Positions 56,785-64,000 of a DNA stretch of 64,000 nucleotides are shown here, piece after piece. Each line of letters starts with the position of its first letter. The first letter of the stretch is position 1. The DNA comes from Eledone cirrhosa (lineage: Eukaryota): contig OZ024750.1 in assembly GCA_964016885.1 (NCBI GenBank), forward strand, positions 6,696,001 through 6,760,000. The letters run 5' to 3'. The notes beneath the pieces are model-generated. The model made no database searches and had not been told where the DNA came from. It saw only the letters and a program-made list of their open reading frames with translations. Position numbers and translations under genes: made by a program.

Positions 56785-57828
56785 CATACATATATATACA
56801 AATATATATATATAGAGAGAGAGAGGGAGAGAGAAAAAGAGAGATACATATATATATATACACACATATATATATATACATGAACACACACATATACATA
56901 CATTCCAAAGTATCATACATTATGTATTAACAAAAAAAAGAATCCAATCCCAATATACTTGAAAAAATGTCATTGTTTTAGTTATAGTTACAACAATTAT
57001 ACTATTTTCTCTTCTATATGTTTGTTTTTTATTCTATATGTTTGTTATTTATTCTATGTTTGTTATTTATTCTATATATTTGTTATTTATTCTATATGTT
57101 TATTATTTATTCTATATATTTATTCTTTATTCTTTACTGAATCCGTATAATATCATATGATGTTGAGTCAGTTTGAAAGACGAGCACTTCATCTATGATG
57201 TTGGTTAATCATACAATTTTACATCCTGGGAGGGATCTATAACAAAGTGGCATGACTAGAGGCTGAATAACAATTTTTATACAAATTTTATATTTTCAAA
57301 TTATCATTATCAAACAAAAGCAAATTATAATTATCAAAGAATACAAATAACTAAAGAATTACAATGTTACTTCCGGACTATCTGCTTTTTTTGTGTGTAT
57401 GTGTGTGTGGGGGGGGGGGGGGTTCAATTTTTTTTTATGTTTTTCTATTTTGTGTTCCAGCCAAGGGGGTGAGGCCATGCTGGGGCACATTTTAGTTTAT
57501 TTTATAGTTTTATTTCATATTTTAATTTATTTTATCTTATTTTATTTTTATTTTTATTTTTATATTATTTTATTTTATTTTATTTTTATTTTTATTTTAT
57601 TTCATTTTATTTTATTTTTATTTATTTTATTTTATTTTATTTTATTTTATTTTATTTTATATTACTTTATTTTATATTTATTTAGTCATTATTTTATGTT
57701 TTGTTTTTTTAATTCATTGTCACATCTCAAGTATCTTGGATTCTAAAAGTAGTAGATGATTTCTATTCTGTCATCAAAAAGTTTCCAGGGCACTAAAATT
57801 GATTGTATGAAATGTCTCTACACTAAAC

Positions 57829-57894
<66 letters not shown>

Positions 57895-58199
57895 CTCTAA
57901 CTAACTTTCTATCTATCTATTTCACACACACACAACAGTAGTTCATGTCTTCTTTCCCATTGTCTATCTATCTAGAGTTCAAACCCCACTGAGGTTAGCT
58001 TTGCCTTTCTTCTTCTTCTTCTTGAGAGGGTCGCAAGGACAGAGTTCTCAAACATCCCTTCCAGTGAGTCCTGTCAGAAACAACCATCTCCAACTGATCC
58101 GAATATTATATATATATATATATATATAGGAAAAGGTTTAACCCCGACGGCAGAGCTCAAGCCGTTTTGACAGCTATTTCTGGACTATATATATATATA

Positions 58200-58535
58200 T
58201 ATCATCATTTCATTTTACGTCCACTTTTCCCTGCTTGTAAAGGTGGGACGGGAACTGATTCTGGCTTCATTTCTACAGCTGGATGCCCTTCCTAACACCA
58301 ACCTCTTTTACAGTGAGTGGTGGGTGCTTTTTTTTGCCGTGGCACCTCCACGACTCTTTACAGTGGAATGATATCGACCCCAGTCGCTATCATCTCATTT
58401 CTACAGCTGAGTAAACTGGAGCAATGTGAAATAAAGTGTCTTGCTCAAGGAAACAACACATCACCCGGTCTGAGAATTGAACTCACAACCTTTTGATTGC
58501 AAGGCCAATACTCTAACCACTAAAGCCATGTGCCT

Positions 58536-58538
<3 letters not shown>
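58200..58538 (-). mobile_element. Full-length tRNA-derived SINE
   Basis: Minus strand GGAGGCACATGGCTTTAGTGG head, GAGTTCAATTCT B box, CTTGAGCAAGACACTT core, GATGAT tail; flanked by (TA)n. Confidence 0.8.
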
Positions 58539-58602
<64 letters not shown>

Positions 58603-58673
58603 TATGTATATATATATGTATGTATATATAAATATATGTATATATATATATATATATATGTGTATATATAAAC

Positions 58674-58713
<40 letters not shown>

Positions 58714-58976
58714 TAACACACACACACACTCACACAGATGTCATAATAGTGGGCAAGGTGCTGTCTCCAACCAATCTTAGGGGTTAGTAACTCTGATTTA
58801 GAACTGCCATGATCTGTAACTACCCTACCAAACCATGCTAGTACGGGGGGGGGGGGGGGGTAGACATCAAATGATGGTGGTGGTGGTGGTGGTGGTGAAG
58901 ACGATGATGATGATGAGGATGGTGAGGATGATGGTGCTGATGAAGTTGTTGATGGTGATGGTGATGGCGGCGGTGG

Positions 58977-59010
<34 letters not shown>

Positions 59011-59472
59011 AATGAAACTAAATTAAAAAAGAAAAAAACAGCCCTGCCCTTCTTATCTAGATCATGCCATTAATGTAATCCCCACAGACATTTAATCTTT
59101 AAACAATTCCAAAAGGAGTTTATAAAATGAATATTTTCAACATTCACATCTCCATCACCTTTAACCTTCTAGCCTTTATCAGTTGCCTCATGCTAACTGA
59201 ATTCCTCTGCTGTCTTAGACACACACACACAATGCCAGAAGAAGAGGAGGAGGAGAATGTGGTCTTAACTGAAGCACCTTTGATCATGGTGCTACTTGAT
59301 CAATGCTGACTTACGGCAAAACAATGACAACAAGAACAACAACAACAATTACAACAGCAACAATTACAACAACAATAACAATCAAACTATCAATCAATTC
59401 TTTGCTGATAATCAAGAAATCATTATTATTAATAAATAATAAAGAAAACCTTATTGTTATTATTATTGTTGG

Positions 59473-59837
59473 TAGGGGTGGTGGATTGGCAGTATCGGTA
59501 GAGGGTCAGACGCCATTCTTTGCAGCATAGAGTTACGGCCCTTTATGATCTGAGTTCAAATCCTGCCGAAGTTAACTTTGCCTTTCATCCTTACGGGGGT
59601 CGATAAAATAAAGTAGCAGTAATGCACTGGGGTCAATTTAATTTGATGATGATAATAAATGTTTCTACTTTTGGCACAAGGCCAGCAATTAGCCCACTGT
59701 ATTACTGGTACTTTATTTTCTCGACCCCGTAAGGATGAAAGGCAAAGTTAACTTCGGCGGGATTTGAACTCAGACCGTAAAGGAACGTAACTCTATGCTT
59801 CAAAGCATGGCGTCCGATCCTCTACCTATACTGCCAC
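59473..59837. mobile_element. Tail-to-tail inverted pair of Deu/Nin-like SINEs (+ 59473-59641, - 59655-59837)
   Basis: Same family in opposite orientations separated by a short spacer. Confidence 0.85.
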
Positions 59838-60461
59838 AATAATAATAAGAGTGAAAAACCTACAGAGGGATTTGATATTTTTTCTGCCAATTATATAATT
59901 ATAGAATATATAATTTAACACCTAATACCTATTGAGCTGAAGTTAGACCCTGAAGCAGCTCGTATAAAATGTTTATTCTTCCAGCAGTAGTCGAGTTTAT
60001 AGCCAAAGCAACAATGTTTGAGGCAGAGAATATGTCATTTGGTTATTGAGCTTATAGACTTAAACAAGTATAAAAAATAACTTTTTTCCCCTAAGTTTCA
60101 CAATCAACTTCACACTTATTTATGGGTCAGTCTACCCCATGGTCCCAACTAACCAAATGATTAACTCTTTAGATTGTATTTGCCAATGTTTTCACAAGGG
60201 AATTTCCTTTTTTAACCCTTTAACATTTACATTACTCTACTATTATATTTTCATGGTGCAGGCTTTACCTCACATAATGTGGAATCTAAGAGATTTGATG
60301 ATGTTATTATTTATTTTGAGAACAATACCTTAATGTCAGTATGAGTGGCCAGTTATGGCTGGTTTGAAAAGAAAGAGGTGAGAGAATTCTAGCCAGATAT
60401 GGTCAGTTTAAATGCTAAAAGATTAATTTATGTCTTAATTTTCTTACTTTTCTATTTTCAG

Positions 60462-60611
60462 AGCCAGTAGTATATTTTGGAAAGAAAAACCATATTGTGG
60501 ATGAAAGTGTAAAATATATCGATGTATCTGTCCATCGTGTTGGTCCAGATCTGTCTCAAGCTTCAAGTGTAACCCTCAGATCAAAGAGTACAAATATATA
60601 TTCAGCTGAAT
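60462..60611 (+). CDS. FREM2: FREM2/ECM3-like exon F (150 nt), Calx-beta 3
   Basis: tttcAG|AG...GAAT|GTAAGT; (E)PVVYFGKKNHIVDESVKYIDVSVHRVGPDLSQASSVTLRSKSTNIYSAE. Confidence 0.93.
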
Positions 60612-62309
60612 GTAAGTGTGTTGGAGTTCTTAATATTTATTAGTTTACTTTGATGATTTTATGTTTAGAAATTGTTTTTCTGAAATTGATGTTAATCAGT
60701 CTAACAAATCTTTTAATCATTTTCTCAACTGACAAACAACATTTATACTAATTTTCACAATATTGACAATGTCCTTTTCAAAATTATTACAAGTTTAGGA
60801 AAAATATATATATATATAATTGGAGAACAATGAAAGCAGTACATTGTGACTTTACTTAGGTGGGTTTGAGCCAATAATAGAGCCTCTATGAAGTCGATGA
60901 AACTGCTAAATATAGCTGTCAAATCTCCTTCAGATAACACACTACTTTCATCAAAAAAGGAAGTCTACATTGGATAATGTACACCTAGAGACATTATGTC
61001 TCAAAACAAAAATGGGACAGTTATAACTATAATGTCTGTGATTATATGTCTGTTCAATCAGAGCTAACCTGGGGCTAAACATCAAAGACTTAGATGAGCC
61101 AACAAAGGGACTTCTATGCAATCATTTGATTTGCAAAAATAGCAGTGAAATCTCTCTTTTACCGTCTTTAAGAGTATATGGACACATTAGATAATGTAGT
61201 CCTGGATACACTATGCCTGAAAGAAATAAAGATTGAGATAGCCATAGATAGTATTAATTTCTCTACTCTCAGTTCAATACTGAAATCTCACTTGAATTAA
61301 TTTTGTCTTTATTCCTTCTAGAATTGATAAAATAAATACCAGAATACTACTGGGGTTAATCTCATACCACAACACTACTTACCTCACAGAAAATACTTCT
61401 ATTTATCTATTGAAAATCATTTTTAAAAAAAATTTTCAAAATTAATTCTAGTTGAATACTTGAACAAACTATTTTTTTGTCCTATTTTCAAAACATTAGT
61501 TATTTCACTTGTTCTTTACACAACACATCATTTCCAAGACTCATGCTGGCAGATTTCTTTGAACTAATGGTTTCATTATACTTCTCTGTTGCATCACTGT
61601 AAAATCATTATAGTCGTTATAACACACTCTCTCACACTCACACATACACACACGCACACACTCACTCACACACTCACTCACACATACACACACACTCCTG
61701 TGTTTACTTTTATTATTCTTTTGTAATGATAATATATATTATTAGGTATCACAGTCTTTTGTCAAAAGTTAATAATAATAATAATAATAATATAGATTGT
61801 TCAGATTCAAAGTCTTTATATACATCTAAGACTTACTTGTTGACATTTTACTTCACTATAAAGCGGCAGTGAATTTTATACTAAAATTTATATATTATTC
61901 CTACAAATATATAATAAAGTAAAAGTGCACGTGTTTTTAAAAGTTACAATGATTTTATCAAAATGCAATTATTTTAGTCCCAACACAGATCCAAGTCTGT
62001 TGCAAAACAAGATTGTATTTCATTGTATTTTGTTGAAAATATCTTTTGAAACTGAAACAACTTAACCCTCTTGTTACCATATTTCTAATGAAAGACTGCC
62101 ATTTTCAATAAGTTTTAATAATATTGAAGAATTTCAAGGGATTTGATGAAATAACTAACTTTCTCATTATTAACCCTTTAGTTACCAGCCTGGGCAAAAG
62201 TGGTTCTGGTTCTATGATTTTTAAAAATATCTTTTATTTCTTGTGTATTTATATATATAAATCTCATAGCTGTCTTTCTGACTTAGTATTTTCTTTATTA
62301 TCATTACAG

Positions 62310-62519
62310 CTGGCGTTGACTACATCACAGTTGATAAAGTACTCACCTTCCCACCAGGTGTCACTTATCAGAAAGTCCAGGTGACTATTTTAGATGACAA
62401 AGGCCAGCCATTGGTCGAAGGAATGGAAGCATTTGCATTATCCCTCTACATGCCAATGGGTGCCGTTCTTGGAGACCCAAGTTCTACAATAATATCCATT
62501 AATGATTCTATTTCAGACT
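62310..62519 (+). CDS. FREM2: FREM2/ECM3-like exon G (210 nt), Calx-beta 3
   Basis: ttacAG|CT...GACT|GTAAGC; (S)GVDYITVDKVLTFPPGVTYQKVQVTILDDKGQPLVEGMEAFALSLYMPMGAVLGDPSSTIISINDSISD. Confidence 0.95.
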
Positions 62520-62678
62520 GTAAGCAATATTTTATTCATTTCCCTTTCGTTAATGAGTATCCAATTAACATACATTTTAATAATTTAAACAGTTCCTTTT
62601 TTTTTCTTTTGTTAATACAAGGAAGATTGAACAGTAAGAATTTTGTCTTGATATTTCTCCATTTTTTTTTTTAATTAG

Positions 62679-62876
62679 TACCCACAATGCAATTCAAGCA
62701 GACAGAGCTAGTCGTTGATGAAAATGAAAACCTTGTATCTGCCACTATTGTTCGTAGTGGAGATATTAGCCATGCTTCAACAATCCGATGCTACACACGA
62801 CAGGGAACAGCTCTTATGATGATGGATTTCTATGAAAGACCCAACAGTAATGTTTCAATTATCAAATTTGATCCAG
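62679..62876 (+). CDS. FREM2: FREM2/ECM3-like exon H (198 nt), Calx-beta 4
   Basis: aattAG|TA...CCAG|GTAAGT; (L)PTMQFKQTELVVDENENLVSATIVRSGDISHASTIRCYTRQGTALMMMDFYERPNSNVSIIKFDP(G); RCYTRQG.A..MMDF.ERPN matches FREM2. Confidence 0.95.
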
Positions 62877-63295
62877 GTAAGTTTTTGAAATTAACTCTTT
62901 CTGAACCTAGATATTGTTTTAACTGTGCTGGCACTGCTATCAGCATAAAGAAAATATAAAATATGAAGAGAATTGACCAAGTAATGATCCTGGTTTTATT
63001 TAAGCCATGGATCAACTTTTATTGTGGAGAATGTTGTATTGCAGATTTAGGATTTGAAACATGTGGTCTCCATTTTATGTTGAAATAGCATGGATGAATG
63101 ATTAAGAAACTCATTTTGTAATCATTAGGATCTGTGTTTGATCCAACTGTGTGTCATCTTGGGCAAGTGTCATTTACCATAGCCTCAGGCTGACCCTAGC
63201 CTTGTGAGTGATACAATACTGTCGAGTTTATGTGATCTCTGCTGTATCCTGGCTTCAAACTTTGTTGATTGCTTTTATTTGTTTCATCATCATTG

Positions 63296-63341
<46 letters not shown>

Positions 63342-64000
63342 TTTATGTTCTCTTTCCACACTGGTATGGGTTGGATGGGTTGTCACGGTCTGACAGGGCC
63401 TCCAAGATCAGTCCAAAGAATGGAAGAAGATATTCTTAAACTGATGACCCAGCTCAAATGTTTACAACAGAATGGACTCCATTAAAAGCAGCCAAAGGCC
63501 AGTGTTAATGGTAGTTTTAAAACTAGGTGACAGATTAAGTCAATCACCCAAGTAAGGCCCAGAAAGAATTAGGGAGATAGAAAATATTTGGATGTCCATC
63601 AAACAGACTGCAAATCAAAGGACCAACCTCATCACATATATTATGCTGAATCTCCCTGAGTATTACGTCATGGTTAAAGCAAATTATGTTAAGAGTTATT
63701 ATCAACGATTTACGTGGATGTTAAAAGTTAAACAGGCAGTGTAACCAAACAGAAGCACTAGTTTGACTTTCATATGCCTGCTGCTTACCGTATACTAAAA
63801 ATTCTTAATTAATTATGTAAATTAGCTTTGGCAGATTAACTTCTAATTGCATGAAATTATCTCCCTTTTTCTTTAGAAGTTGCTAAAAATTGCCACTAGG
63901 CTTTTGTTTTGTTTTTCCAAGTAAGACGGAAATTTTAATTAATTAGTAAATTTTTATGTATGACATTTTAACTTAATTATTCCCTCTCCTGCTATTGGAC

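Noticed and set aside
63400-63600. Possible decayed RTE C-terminus (VQRMEED...EWTP)
   Set aside because: Frameshifts and stops; too degenerate to call.

Overview
AT-rich, microsatellite-dense animal genomic DNA; the SINE/MITE repertoire suggests an octopod cephalopod (inference). The only host coding sequence is eight spliced + strand exons (31225-62876, all GT-AG, all phase 1-1) encoding the Calx-beta repeat region of a FREM2/ECM3-like (FRAS1-family) extracellular matrix protein; the gene probably extends beyond both ends of the window. Nearly all ORFs in the supplied track are microsatellite artefacts. The introns hold Deu/Nin-type and other tRNA-derived SINEs, piggyBac, hAT, mariner and Helitron-type non-autonomous elements, RTE and L1/Tx1-like LINE 3' ends, and several minisatellites. 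The most notable non-genic signal is a set of short, (TA)n-embedded, often fold-back elements carrying type I hammerhead ribozyme motifs of at least three families, plus a Penelope-like GIY-YIG endonuclease C-terminus followed by a decayed hammerhead. Some ribozyme copies lie on the sense strand of the FREM2-like pre-mRNA. All family assignments are by eye; no database search was run.
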